Positions 20,201 through 27,826 of a DNA stretch of 45,649 nt are shown in pieces. This stretch comes from Thermoguttaceae bacterium. Lineage in GTDB: Bacteria; Planctomycetota; Planctomycetia; Pirellulales; Thermoguttaceae. Below the pieces are notes generated by a model. It had not been told where the DNA came from. It made no database searches and saw only the letters and a list, made by a program, of their open reading frames with translations. The DNA is taken from positions 1-45,649 of the forward strand of contig JAZQAP010000242.1 of NCBI GenBank assembly GCA_045545275.1, read 5' to 3'. Position numbers and translations under genes: made by a program. How positions within the stretch are numbered: position 1 is the first letter of the stretch; each line of letters opens with the position of its first letter.

Positions 20201-20443
20201 AACGACGCGATCAACTGCGGGCTCTTCAATCGCAACGGCGACGGTCTGAACGTCTTTGTCGGCAACACGTTGCGAACGGTCGAAACGCCGGAAAACGTCG
20301 ATTCGTTTTTGACCGACTCGGCGGCCCTGCGCGGTTGGCTCGAAGAAGTTTCCGGGCGAAAGCTCGACGGAATCGGGTTGCGCGCGAATTGGAACGGAGC
20401 GGAAGCGCCGGTTTCGCCGATGTTTACGGCGCCGCAACATTGA
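17204..20443 (+). CDS. Secreted LamG-domain / right-handed parallel beta-helix repeat protein
   Basis: The 1079-aa product has an N-terminal signal/anchor (LTTWAGAAAFVAGASWLGGGYFASTALG). A LamG-like jelly roll follows (FSVGLRFKLEA...VVAVYDAEKDEMTLYVDGEKVGAAS...LEYWKRPLTASEV), then a helical linker. The beta-helix starts with IFAAPNGDDAADGSREKPVATLAKAFEIAQ and continues with repeated NxxIxxN-type turns. Confidence 0.85.
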   Translation: MTLKRYWPLRRKNERGKRKRGATDVKSTLRLTTWAGAAAFVAGASWLGGGYFASTALGQDATIEVGKVIVDKAVKGPKPDLSTGSFSVGLRFKLEAPGNEVGNGDGLGMLFSVASGWHDGFRAHYNWRNGQITFQIGRVKEKSAVGVGSDRGFLPGVMRDVVAVYDAEKDEMTLYVDGEKVGAASYSGPIDVFDQPLSVGFGGFGVGSNRMFVDKLEYWKRPLTASEVAERNAARPKTELEATQVLAFFVEAGNATNLAVDDSQIETILALDVPEETKATARRTALAKALNDKEFAKAAELAFAEAERLLAEEKASSDAESQAVRNARLSRYGEIEIALAQCLASERCGAEVAAKARRLQKTLRERFSDEWATFGEINALGNAAGAVQKIEKDAKRRYDGTLKALNAAKKRTIFAAPNGDDAADGSREKPVATLAKAFEIAQRLAKDAKEQDGTAVVVELANGVYRVDRTAALDGVANVVVKPAPGAKAVLTGTVEVGNFETLSDGAQTSKAVADAASRFQEAARSKIFVADLKADGVEDCGRLATRGYGVGEKVAPIPSLYVDGESQTLARWPNVGDAALDFGDVVSQGDEVNGKKTTTLRYDFDRPNGWKLSGNADADDIWAFGLYVWEWAANFRRVEKIDRDAKTLTVDYPDANGRFHYYFVNVLEELDAPGEYYVDRNAGLLYFYAPDALSSVDALKAASVEFDVFDGRFVDVKNSRRVLLQNIELKGGRETAVAFENCVESYFVGGKIEQFGGNGALILNGEFCGVLDSRLRELGASGVRIRGGDRSTLKRANHWLHNCFISDFSRIDRVYAPALQFNGCGLAATNNLICDSPHHGMRADGNDIYIARNEVHSVVYEYSDQSGIDIFCDPTFRGIVIEENLWRHIGSSFALCGQAGIRLDDAISGVAMIGNVFYRSSGGNFGGIQIHGGKDNLSISNVFIDCKQAFSFSPWSDGRYQTFVKERFPENVGKQAFIDAYPFFDKIFENPNRNYFIGNDAINCGLFNRNGDGLNVFVGNTLRTVETPENVDSFLTDSAALRGWLEEVSGRKLDGIGLRANWNGAEAPVSPMFTAPQH

Positions 20444-20471
20444 CGTTTTAACGTCGACGGCGATTTTCGAC

Positions 20472-20512
20472 GGCGCGTTCGGGGTTGCGACGGCTCCGAA
20501 CGCGCCGTTTTT
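20472..20512 (+). terminator. Intrinsic terminator after the LamG/beta-helix gene
   Basis: A perfect 11-bp stem, ggcgcgttcgg (20472-20482) pairing with ccgaacgcgcc (20496-20506), encloses a 13-nt loop and is followed by gTTTTTc. It begins 29 nt after the stop. Confidence 0.8.
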
Positions 20513-20557
20513 CTACCGGTTAAGCGTCGCTTTTTCCGTTTTGGCAAGGAGAACAAA

Positions 20558-21838
20558 ATGAAACGAAGAACTATTTTCGCGCTGTTAATCGGCGTCGCGC
20601 TTTGCGGTTGCGGCGTCGCAACCGTCGCGAACGAACCGACGGCGAACGACCCAAACGCTTATACGGGAACGGATTCCGAACGGATCGAACAAGCCGTCGC
20701 GGCGGCGCCGGAATTCGGCGGGCTCGTTCGGATTCCGGCGCGACGTCCCGACGCGGAGTCGTCCCGAACTCATTGGCTCCTCGACCGCGCGATCTCGCTT
20801 CCGGCGAATACGACGTTACTCTTGGAAAATAGCGTTTTAAAACTGTCGGACAACTGCCGCGACAACTTTATTCGCTCGGCGAACGCCGGGCCGGGGATTA
20901 AAAAGGTCGAGCCGCTCGAAAATATTTTCGTCGTCGGCGTCGGGAACGCTCGACTCGAAGGAGCCGATCGACCGCGCGCAACCGGCGACAGCGGAAAATG
21001 TCTCGGCGAAAGAACTTACGGAACCGACGCGGGGAAAGACGGCGAGTCGCAAACCGGCGATTGGCGCAATATCGGCGTTCTTTTCGCGAAGGTTCGGAAC
21101 TTCGGAATCGAAAATTTGACGGTCGTAAACTCTCACGCTTGGGGGATTTCGCTCGAAAAATGCGAGTTCGGACGGGTCGTGCGGATTGCGTTCGACAGTA
21201 CGGAGCGTCGCGAAATCGACGGCAAACTCGAAACGACGCTCAATCAAGACGGCGTCGACTTGCGCAAGGGCTGCCGAAATATAACGATCGAGTCGATTCG
21301 CGGGCGAACCGGCGACGATTTGGTCGCGCTGACTGCGATCGGAACGAAGGCGCGCGACGGCGGATGTTTCGATTCCACCGAGGTTTCGGAGTTCGACCCG
21401 AGCGCGGATAACGATATTCGCGACGTCGTTATCCGCGACGTCGTCGGTTATTCGGCGGGCGGACACCAAATCGTTCGGTTTCTAAACGCTTCCGGTATCA
21501 AAATTTATCGAATAACGCTCGATTCGCTGACCGACACGGCGCCGACGCCGGGGTACGACCGCGCGACGATTCGCATCGGCGACGCAAACCCGGCTTGGGG
21601 CGGCGTAACTCCCGTCGGCGATACGTTTGGGTTCGTTATTCGCAACGTGCATTCGTCGTCGAAACACGCGGTTTTGATCGCCGGATCGCTGACCGATTCG
21701 ATTATCGAAAACGTCGTCAATTACAATCCGGCGATCTCCGGCGTTACCTTCGAGTCGGGGAAAGAAAACGTTCGAAACGTTGTTGTCGAAGATTTTATTA
21801 ACGTGAAGCGCGTTAAAAAGACGGAAGCGGAGCGATAA
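20558..21838 (+). CDS. Probable lipoprotein, glycoside hydrolase family 28-like (pectin-lyase fold)
   Basis: The signal peptide carries a lipobox-like LCGC. The GH28-type catalytic motifs NQDGVDL (NTDG-like) and TGDDLVALTA (GDDC.A.K-like) are present. Beta-helix periodicity is visible and the RBS aaggag lies 8 nt upstream. Confidence 0.78.
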   Translation: MKRRTIFALLIGVALCGCGVATVANEPTANDPNAYTGTDSERIEQAVAAAPEFGGLVRIPARRPDAESSRTHWLLDRAISLPANTTLLLENSVLKLSDNCRDNFIRSANAGPGIKKVEPLENIFVVGVGNARLEGADRPRATGDSGKCLGERTYGTDAGKDGESQTGDWRNIGVLFAKVRNFGIENLTVVNSHAWGISLEKCEFGRVVRIAFDSTERREIDGKLETTLNQDGVDLRKGCRNITIESIRGRTGDDLVALTAIGTKARDGGCFDSTEVSEFDPSADNDIRDVVIRDVVGYSAGGHQIVRFLNASGIKIYRITLDSLTDTAPTPGYDRATIRIGDANPAWGGVTPVGDTFGFVIRNVHSSSKHAVLIAGSLTDSIIENVVNYNPAISGVTFESGKENVRNVVVEDFINVKRVKKTEAER

Positions 21839-21889
21839 AAAAAACGGCGTTCGCGATTTGACGAACGACGTCGATTATCAAGATTAACG

Positions 21890-21927
21890 ACGACCGACGC
21901 GGAACGTTAAACGTCGGCGTCGGTCGT
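21890..21927. terminator. Hairpin between convergent genes (candidate bidirectional terminator)
   Basis: An 11-bp stem, acgaccgacgc (21890-21900) pairing with gcgtcggtcgt (21917-21927), encloses a 16-nt loop. Only short T-rich runs flank it on both strands. Confidence 0.45.
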
Positions 21928-21938
21928 TCTTAGCGAAG

Positions 21939-24900
21939 TTACTTCTTGTCGTTTATTCTTGGCGCGGTTTTTAACGTCGGTCGCGCGTCGTCGGCGGGGT
22001 TGCCGTAAATCGCTTCGACGCTTGGCGTTGCGTACGCTTCGTCGTCGCCGAACGCGTTAAAGGGGCCGGGGCGTTTCACGACCGGCGCCGTTTCGAGGCG
22101 CGGCGGGAGCGCGAGCCAATCGCTTCCTTGGAATTTCGGATCCGGCGCCGAGCGCACGTCGTCGCCGCCCATATACGGGCACATCGCGTCGACCCAAACG
22201 ATTAGGCGTCGCATTTCGACCGGGTCGAGTTCGACGCCGTAATGTTCTTTAACGCAATACTTGTTAATTAAACGGCTTGCGTAGGAAAGTTTCTCCATCG
22301 GCTTCGGCGTCGCGTAACCGGCGGGGTCGACGGTCGAGTACGCTTCGACTTGAATCGTGTCGGCGATACCAAAACCGGGGGGGGCCTCGGGGAGTTCCGC
22401 TTCGGTCGGGTTCGACCAAGCGCCGCGCGTTCCGGAGCGGTAAATCTTCGGCGGAGCGGCCCAACTCGGGTTCCCGACAAGAGTTATGTACGGCTCTTTG
22501 AAGTGCAGGAAACCGGGGCGGAGCGTCGTGTCGAACACGTCTTTCGCTTCGCCGGAACCGGAATGGCACGAACCGCAATGTTTATCGAGCGTCGGTTGGA
22601 CGTAACGCTCGTAACTGACCGAAATGTCGTTCCAGGGCGGCGGGCAAATCGTCGACGGTTCTCTAAGCGCCGCGATGGAACGGGTTTGCGGCGCCGGCGT
22701 CGCGATTTGCGACTCGTGGCAACCGACGCAACCGCGCCGCTCGCCGGGCATCACGCCGGTGAAGGAACGCATCGTTTGCAGGCATTTGTAATTTTCGTCG
22801 AGGAGCTGGAAGTGGAGCGCGACGCCGGACGGCGCGTAAAACGAGACGCTGCCGTCGCTTTCGACCGGAACCGTTCCGAGAATGCGCTTCACGCCCTCCG
22901 ATTGCACCATCGAAACGGCCGGGCCGGTCGAGATGTACGGACGGTCGTTCCAGAGAGTGTACGTTTTTGGTTCGATGTTGAGGATTCGTAAATATTTAGC
23001 TTTGCCGCGAAGTTCCGGCGGCGCGCCTTCGTAGATGTCGTTCGAGTAAATGACTCCGGGCGCCGGCGCGTCGCGGGTTTCGCGAGTCGGCCAATCGACG
23101 CGGTCGACGAGCGTCGGCGGAACTTCCCGAGGACGAAGGGGTTGCGCGTAAAAAACGTTGTGAACGCCTTCGCAAATCAGCTCGCGGTCGCCGTCGACGT
23201 TCATTAACAATAGGACGTATTTGCCGTCGCGGCAAGCGGATACGAGAAAGTCGGTTTCGCTCAACGGATACGGCGAATCGTACGCGGAGTACTTGCCGGC
23301 GGGGCGATAGTTCGGCGACTCGACGGGGTCGACCGGGCCGTTGCCGCTCTCGGGCCAGATTACGTCGGCGGTTACCTTAGTCAAGCCGTCGGGGAAGTTA
23401 AGACCCTTCGTCGGATCGACGATTCCGATCGAACCGGCGAACCAGTCGTGGTGGGCGCTACCGGTGAACATCAGGCGCGAACTACCGGGAATCGCGCGAA
23501 CGTCTTTCGGTAGGTCGGGCCACACAGACTGGTTGCCCCAAAGGACTTGCGTTTGCGTTCCGTCCGGGTTCATCGTCCAGAGGCTAACGCAGCGCCACAG
23601 CGGTTTGTCGGTGTATTCCCAACGGCTGAAAACGACGCGACCGTCCGGCAAAATCGACGGCAAGTAGTCCGGTTCGTTGTTGCGCGAAATCAAGTAAACG
23701 TCGGGACTTCCGATTTTCATTCGAGCGAGAACAAAGGCGTTCGTCGGCGGCATGCAACGGACGTAAGAGTAGCCGCGCGTCGTCGAAAAGACGATGTTTT
23801 CGCCGTCGGGAAGGTAAATCGGATCCAAATCGTCGAACGCGCCGGACGTAATTTGACGCAAATTTTGTCCGTCGACGTCGATTTCGTAAAGATGGAAAGC
23901 CTTCTCGTTGTGCGGTTTAAAGCTGAAGAGAACTTTCTTCGCGTCCCAAGAAAGATCGGGGCGCCAAAAAGAGCCGGAGAGCGGTTCGCTCGGCGCTAAA
24001 ATTCGTTCTTTTCCTAGCGGCGACAAGCCTTTGCGAATCATCAAGCGACCGCCCGGAACCGCCATGTAACCGAGTCGGTGCCGCGTCTCGTGCCGCCATT
24101 CGCTCCCTTGCGGATACGGCGAATCGACGTAAAGAATCGAGTCGAAGTCGACGACCGGATTCTTCATGAAGACGGCGCGTTTGAGCGTTCGAGCGCGGAG
24201 GTAGAAGTCGCGAACGTCGCCGGCAAAGTTTTCGGCTTCTTTTTGAAGCGTCGCAAGCTCCGTTGTTTCTTTGGTTAGGTCGACGTCGCCTTCGAAGTTT
24301 TCGATCAGTTTCGCCGTTCGGTCGAGTTCGAAGCGAACGCGTTCGAGCGTCGGCGCTCCGTCGCACTGGAAGAGCCAATCGCGTTCAAGTTGCGCTCGGG
24401 CCTCCTCCGGCGAAAGGTCGACGACCGGCGGCGTCGACGGTTTGACGTAAGGGGCGACCGCTTCGCGTTGGTACGGGCGCTCTTGAACTTCGCGATTCAT
24501 TTCGAACGCAAACTCGAACCAGCGCGTTTCGTCGACGTTTTCCGGAGCGGCGAGCGCGGCGTCGAACGCTTTCGCGACTTCTTCGACGCGACGCCAACGC
24601 GTTGTTTCTTCGGGGGTTAAGCGCGACCATTGCTCGGCGGTCAGCGGCATGTACTCGACGTAAAGATCGCGGACGCGCTCGGCTTCCGCCTTCATTCGGT
24701 TGTTTGGCGACGTCAAGTAATCGCCGATACCGACTTGGAAACGCCGGGCGAAGTACTCGGCGTCTTCCGGGAAATCGGTTCTAACTAACCGCGCAAAAAC
24801 GCCTTGCGACGTTCTGTCGAAGCGCGCTTTCAAATCGGCGTCGGCTGCGAGTCGTCGGCGAGCGTCGGCGAGCGTCGCGACGAACGTGGAACCCTTGCGA

Positions 24901-25676
24901 TAAAACGATTTAACAAAAGTCGTCGCGGCGGCGTCCCGTTGATCGAGAACTTTTCGACCTTCGGCGTAAAGCGTTGAAATCTCGTCGGTTGAAAGCGAAC
25001 GAGAGTAAAGGCGCAGGTCGTCGAGACCGCCGTCGAAAAATTCGCCGGTTCCTCCGCTCGAACCGATTGTAAACGGCGCTTTAGAGCCGACTTGCAGCGC
25101 GCCCGGTTGCGCTAACGAACCGATTTCGCGACCGTCGAGGTAAACGCGCATCGTCTCGCCGTCGAAGGTCGCCGCGACAAAGCGCCAAGTATCGTCGAGG
25201 AGGTCGGACGGCGAAAGCGGCGCGTCGCACTCGACGTAAGTCCCGGCGATATTGAGACCTAGCGATAAAATCGTTCCGTCGTGTTGGAACGAGAAGAGAT
25301 AGCGTTGGTCGCCGTCTTCTTTGCGGAGGATTTCGCGGTAAGCGCTTAAATTTCGGGGGCGAACCCAAGCGCTAACCGACGTCGTTTGAAGGTCGGCGGG
25401 GAGAATTTTCGCGTCGATCGGGAGCGCGAAGGCGCCGGAGAGGTCGAGCGCGCCGCCGAAAACGCCTTCGCAACGAGGGATCGGGCGGTTCGGAACGGAG
25501 CTAAAGTCGGAAAGCGCCGAGTTTTCCAGCTTGGCGTCGGCGGTCGATTCGTCGAACGTCCAACGTCCTAAGAGTCCGGCGTCGTCGGCGAAAACGTTGG
25601 GCGACGTCGCGAGAACCCCGACGCAAACCGTCGCGAGGATTCGGGCGATTTTTTTATTTCGGTGTTTCGTAAACAT
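21939..25676 (-). CDS. Secreted LamG-domain / TolB-like beta-propeller / dihaem c-type cytochrome protein (HzsA-related architecture)
   Basis: The 1245-aa product has a signal peptide (ILATVCVGVLATSPNVFADDA) and a LamG domain (LLGRWTFDE...VSAWVRP...TMRVYLDGREIG...LRLYSRSLSTDEI). A PD40/TolB-like propeller region follows (FSFKPHNEKAFHLYEIDVDGQNLRQIT, YLPDGENIVFS, ILPDGRVVFSRWEY). Two haem-c motifs are present, CVGCH and CGSCH. Confidence 0.85.
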   Translation of the reverse strand: MFTKHRNKKIARILATVCVGVLATSPNVFADDAGLLGRWTFDESTADAKLENSALSDFSSVPNRPIPRCEGVFGGALDLSGAFALPIDAKILPADLQTTSVSAWVRPRNLSAYREILRKEDGDQRYLFSFQHDGTILSLGLNIAGTYVECDAPLSPSDLLDDTWRFVAATFDGETMRVYLDGREIGSLAQPGALQVGSKAPFTIGSSGGTGEFFDGGLDDLRLYSRSLSTDEISTLYAEGRKVLDQRDAAATTFVKSFYRKGSTFVATLADARRRLAADADLKARFDRTSQGVFARLVRTDFPEDAEYFARRFQVGIGDYLTSPNNRMKAEAERVRDLYVEYMPLTAEQWSRLTPEETTRWRRVEEVAKAFDAALAAPENVDETRWFEFAFEMNREVQERPYQREAVAPYVKPSTPPVVDLSPEEARAQLERDWLFQCDGAPTLERVRFELDRTAKLIENFEGDVDLTKETTELATLQKEAENFAGDVRDFYLRARTLKRAVFMKNPVVDFDSILYVDSPYPQGSEWRHETRHRLGYMAVPGGRLMIRKGLSPLGKERILAPSEPLSGSFWRPDLSWDAKKVLFSFKPHNEKAFHLYEIDVDGQNLRQITSGAFDDLDPIYLPDGENIVFSTTRGYSYVRCMPPTNAFVLARMKIGSPDVYLISRNNEPDYLPSILPDGRVVFSRWEYTDKPLWRCVSLWTMNPDGTQTQVLWGNQSVWPDLPKDVRAIPGSSRLMFTGSAHHDWFAGSIGIVDPTKGLNFPDGLTKVTADVIWPESGNGPVDPVESPNYRPAGKYSAYDSPYPLSETDFLVSACRDGKYVLLLMNVDGDRELICEGVHNVFYAQPLRPREVPPTLVDRVDWPTRETRDAPAPGVIYSNDIYEGAPPELRGKAKYLRILNIEPKTYTLWNDRPYISTGPAVSMVQSEGVKRILGTVPVESDGSVSFYAPSGVALHFQLLDENYKCLQTMRSFTGVMPGERRGCVGCHESQIATPAPQTRSIAALREPSTICPPPWNDISVSYERYVQPTLDKHCGSCHSGSGEAKDVFDTTLRPGFLHFKEPYITLVGNPSWAAPPKIYRSGTRGAWSNPTEAELPEAPPGFGIADTIQVEAYSTVDPAGYATPKPMEKLSYASRLINKYCVKEHYGVELDPVEMRRLIVWVDAMCPYMGGDDVRSAPDPKFQGSDWLALPPRLETAPVVKRPGPFNAFGDDEAYATPSVEAIYGNPADDARPTLKTAPRINDKK

Positions 25677-25756
25677 TGCGATTCCTTGCGTTGCGCGACC
25701 GTCGAAAGCGGGAAAGCTCGAAGGCCGCGCCGAAAAAAAATAAAGCGGCGACGAAA

Positions 25757-25798
25757 AACGCGTTCTCGACGGAAAAACGTCGACGTCGGAACGCGTTT
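25757..25798 (-). terminator. Hairpin between the small lipoprotein gene and the LamG/propeller/haem gene (terminator or attenuator)
   Basis: A 9-bp outer stem, aacgcgttc (25757-25765) pairing with gaacgcgtt (25889-25797 region; 25789-25797), is extended by a 5-bp inner stem cgacg/cgtcg with one bulge. The T-run following it on the minus strand is short; a T8 run lies 15 nt further on. Confidence 0.4.
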
Positions 25799-25817
25799 TT
25801 ACGTTAAAACAAGCGAA

Positions 25818-26240
25818 TCACTCCGCTTCTTCCGAGACAAAGTTTAAGTCGTAAGTCCCGCCTTTTTTAACGGTTATCTTGAAGGTCGGGTTTTGCCACA
25901 TCGACTCCGGCGTCATCGGTTCGCGCGGTCGTTGCGGCGGCGTCGACGGCGGCGCGCCCGGTTGCGGTTCCGGAATTTCCGGTTCGGGGCCGGTGTAACG
26001 GTAGCCGCGGACGCGAACGGTCAGCTCGCCGGGCGGAACTTTCGCCGCGTAGGAACCGTTTTGAACGTTGCCTCCGCCCTCGGCCGAACCGTTCGTAAAC
26101 TGAACGATTCCAAGGTCGATCGGCGCGCCGTCGAGCGTCGCGGCGCCGTTGATTTCGACTTCGTTTTTGCCGCCGCCGCAACCGGTTAGGAGGGCGAAGG
26201 ACGCGGCGCAAAGAAGAGCCGTCGCAAAATATCGTTTCAT
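25818..26240 (-). CDS. Small lipoprotein with carboxypeptidase-regulatory-like beta-sandwich
   Basis: The lipobox is LLTGC in MKRYFATALLCAASFALLTGCGGG. GAATLDGAPIDLGIVQF...GSYAAKVPPGELTVRVRG is typical of the small lipoproteins that follow DUF1559 genes. Confidence 0.75.
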   Translation of the reverse strand: MKRYFATALLCAASFALLTGCGGGKNEVEINGAATLDGAPIDLGIVQFTNGSAEGGGNVQNGSYAAKVPPGELTVRVRGYRYTGPEPEIPEPQPGAPPSTPPQRPREPMTPESMWQNPTFKITVKKGGTYDLNFVSEEAE

Positions 26241-26347
26241 TTCTAAACGTTGCTTTCGTTGGAGTTAAGCGGGAACGCGTTCGGGTTCGAGCGGTCGAAG
26301 TCCGAACGGCGTTCGAGGAAAAAAAGAACGAACGTTAAGCGCCGACG

Positions 26348-27343
26348 TTAAAGGCTTTTCGTTTCGCCGCCCTTCGTGCTGCCGGCCGCGCGCCAAACTT
26401 CAAGGTCGATCGTTTCCGAAACGAAGCGCACCGAACCGTCGGCCATCGAGACGTTGACGCCGCCGGAGTGTTTGCTGCGCGCCGCTTGGTAGCGTTCGTC
26501 GCCGGAAAGCGGGGTTCCGGTGCAGGGGATGAACGGGTCGTCGGTATTCAACGCGCTTCCGCTGGCGCCTTGGTAGCAGTAGCAGCTGTCCGGCGTCGAG
26601 GAGTTCGGGCCGGTAACGGTCATGAAGGCGGCGCCCGGGCCTTCGTCGTTGAAGAGTTGGCCGTGGAAGTCGAACGCGGAGTCGCTCGCGGCGCAGATTA
26701 CTTCCGAAAGGAGCATCGTGTTCGAGGTTCCGTCGGTCATTTCGGCGAGCCCGACGGTCAGGTTCAGGTAGAACGGCGCGCCCTTCCAACCGGCGTTTTT
26801 GTACGGCATGGAGGCGACATTCGGATTCCAGAACCAGTCGTTCCCCATATTGACGACGTAATTTCCGCGGACTTGCGAGTAAGGGTCGGCGCGCCAAGTC
26901 GCTCCGGGACGGTCGCTCGGGCAGTAGTAAAATTCGACCGGCGTGTTGACCGGACGTTTCGCGTTCGGGTCGTTGTAAGCGCAGTTCGGTTCTTCGAAGA
27001 AGCCGACTTTAAAGTCGTACTCGGCGTAGAGCGCGTTTTGCTCGATGAAGGGCCAAATGCGCGGAACCCAAGACGAGCGTTTGCCCGGGTTGCCGTCGAA
27101 GTTTTTCCAACCGCCGGTCGGGTGCGTCATGCCGTACGGAAGGCGCGAATTGTTGACGTCGGCGTAGTTGCACATGCCGAGGCCGTATTGTTTGAGGTTG
27201 TTCGTGCATTGCATCCGACGCGCGGCCTCGCGGGCCGCTTGAACCGCCGGGAGAAGGAGCCCAATCAAAATACCGATAATAGCAATGACGACCAACAGTT
27301 CGACCAGCGTAAAACCGCGTCGATTGACGATGTTGCGCGACAT
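26348..27343 (-). CDS. DUF1559 / H-X9-DG prepilin-type N-terminal methylation-domain protein
   Basis: MSRNIVNRRGFTLVELLVVIAIIGILIGLLLPAVQAAREAARRMQCTNNLKQ is the canonical prepilin leader plus DUF1559 start. The C-terminal HSGGVNVSMADG is an exact H-X9-DG motif. I place the start at the ATG at 27343, which is preceded by ggagg. The 32 extra residues of the track ORF (to 27439) lie upstream of that RBS. Confidence 0.9.
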   Translation of the reverse strand: MSRNIVNRRGFTLVELLVVIAIIGILIGLLLPAVQAAREAARRMQCTNNLKQYGLGMCNYADVNNSRLPYGMTHPTGGWKNFDGNPGKRSSWVPRIWPFIEQNALYAEYDFKVGFFEEPNCAYNDPNAKRPVNTPVEFYYCPSDRPGATWRADPYSQVRGNYVVNMGNDWFWNPNVASMPYKNAGWKGAPFYLNLTVGLAEMTDGTSNTMLLSEVICAASDSAFDFHGQLFNDEGPGAAFMTVTGPNSSTPDSCYCYQGASGSALNTDDPFIPCTGTPLSGDERYQAARSKHSGGVNVSMADGSVRFVSETIDLEVWRAAGSTKGGETKSL

Positions 27344-27519
27344 AAGAAGCCTCCGTCTATTAATAATATGGGGCGGAAGTAGCCGGCGAAGCGCGTCGGC
27401 CTCGACGGCGAGATCATTTAAGCGAAATAACGAACGCATGGCGTTGAAAAAGTGGTAAGTATTGAAATAAACGAAGATACGGAGCGTAAAAAAACGCCGT
27501 CCTTCCCGGTTGTTTTTAA

Positions 27520-27548
27520 AGTATAACGGGCGCGAGACGGCGAATCAA
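27520..27548 (-). promoter_or_regulatory. Sigma70-type promoter of the DUF1559 gene
   Basis: The minus strand reads TTGATT-17 nt-TATACT (plus-strand agtata at 27520-27525 and aatcaa at 27543-27548). It lies about 170 nt upstream of the ATG at 27343. An A11 tract (T11 at 27578-27588 on the plus strand) sits about 30 nt upstream of the -35. Confidence 0.55.
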
Positions 27549-27755
27549 GCGTTTTTGTCGGGAAATGCGAAAATTTGTTTTTTTTTTTGACCGCCGTACA
27601 GAAATTTAGGTTTGGCACGAAAACTATTTGTTGAACGAATTAAAACGCTTTTTTCGCGCTTTGGCGTTTGCTTAAATTGCTGTTTTGCGAAGATAGAGGA
27701 AATGCGCGGTTTAGAGAAAGACGTCGACCAAGTCGAGCGAAAAAACGCAACGACG

Positions 27756-27794
27756 TAAAATGAGCGGCGACCGGTAAAAGTCGCCGCTCTTTTC
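27756..27794 (-). terminator. Intrinsic terminator after the propeller-peroxidase gene (bidirectional shape)
   Basis: A perfect 10-bp stem, gagcggcgac (27762-27771) pairing with gtcgccgctc (27780-27789), encloses an 8-nt loop. T-rich runs follow on both strands. It begins about 40 nt after the stop at 27827. Confidence 0.7.
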
Positions 27795-27826
27795 GTTAGC
27801 TAAGATCGACCGTTAAACGCAAACGC

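Noticed and set aside
27344-27439. N-terminal extensions of track ORFs. Examples are 26348-27439 with 32 extra residues, 36712-36870 with 53 extra residues, and pnp.
   Set aside because: The extensions are Arg-rich. They precede strong RBS-plus-ATG combinations that give canonical N-termini. In two cases they overlap the predicted promoters.
27613-27630. A TGGCAC sequence suggestive of a sigma54 -24 box.
   Set aside because: The expected TTGC -12 element is absent at the correct spacing; the sequence there is ctat. No plus-strand gene lies downstream, because the next feature is the 3' end of a convergent gene.
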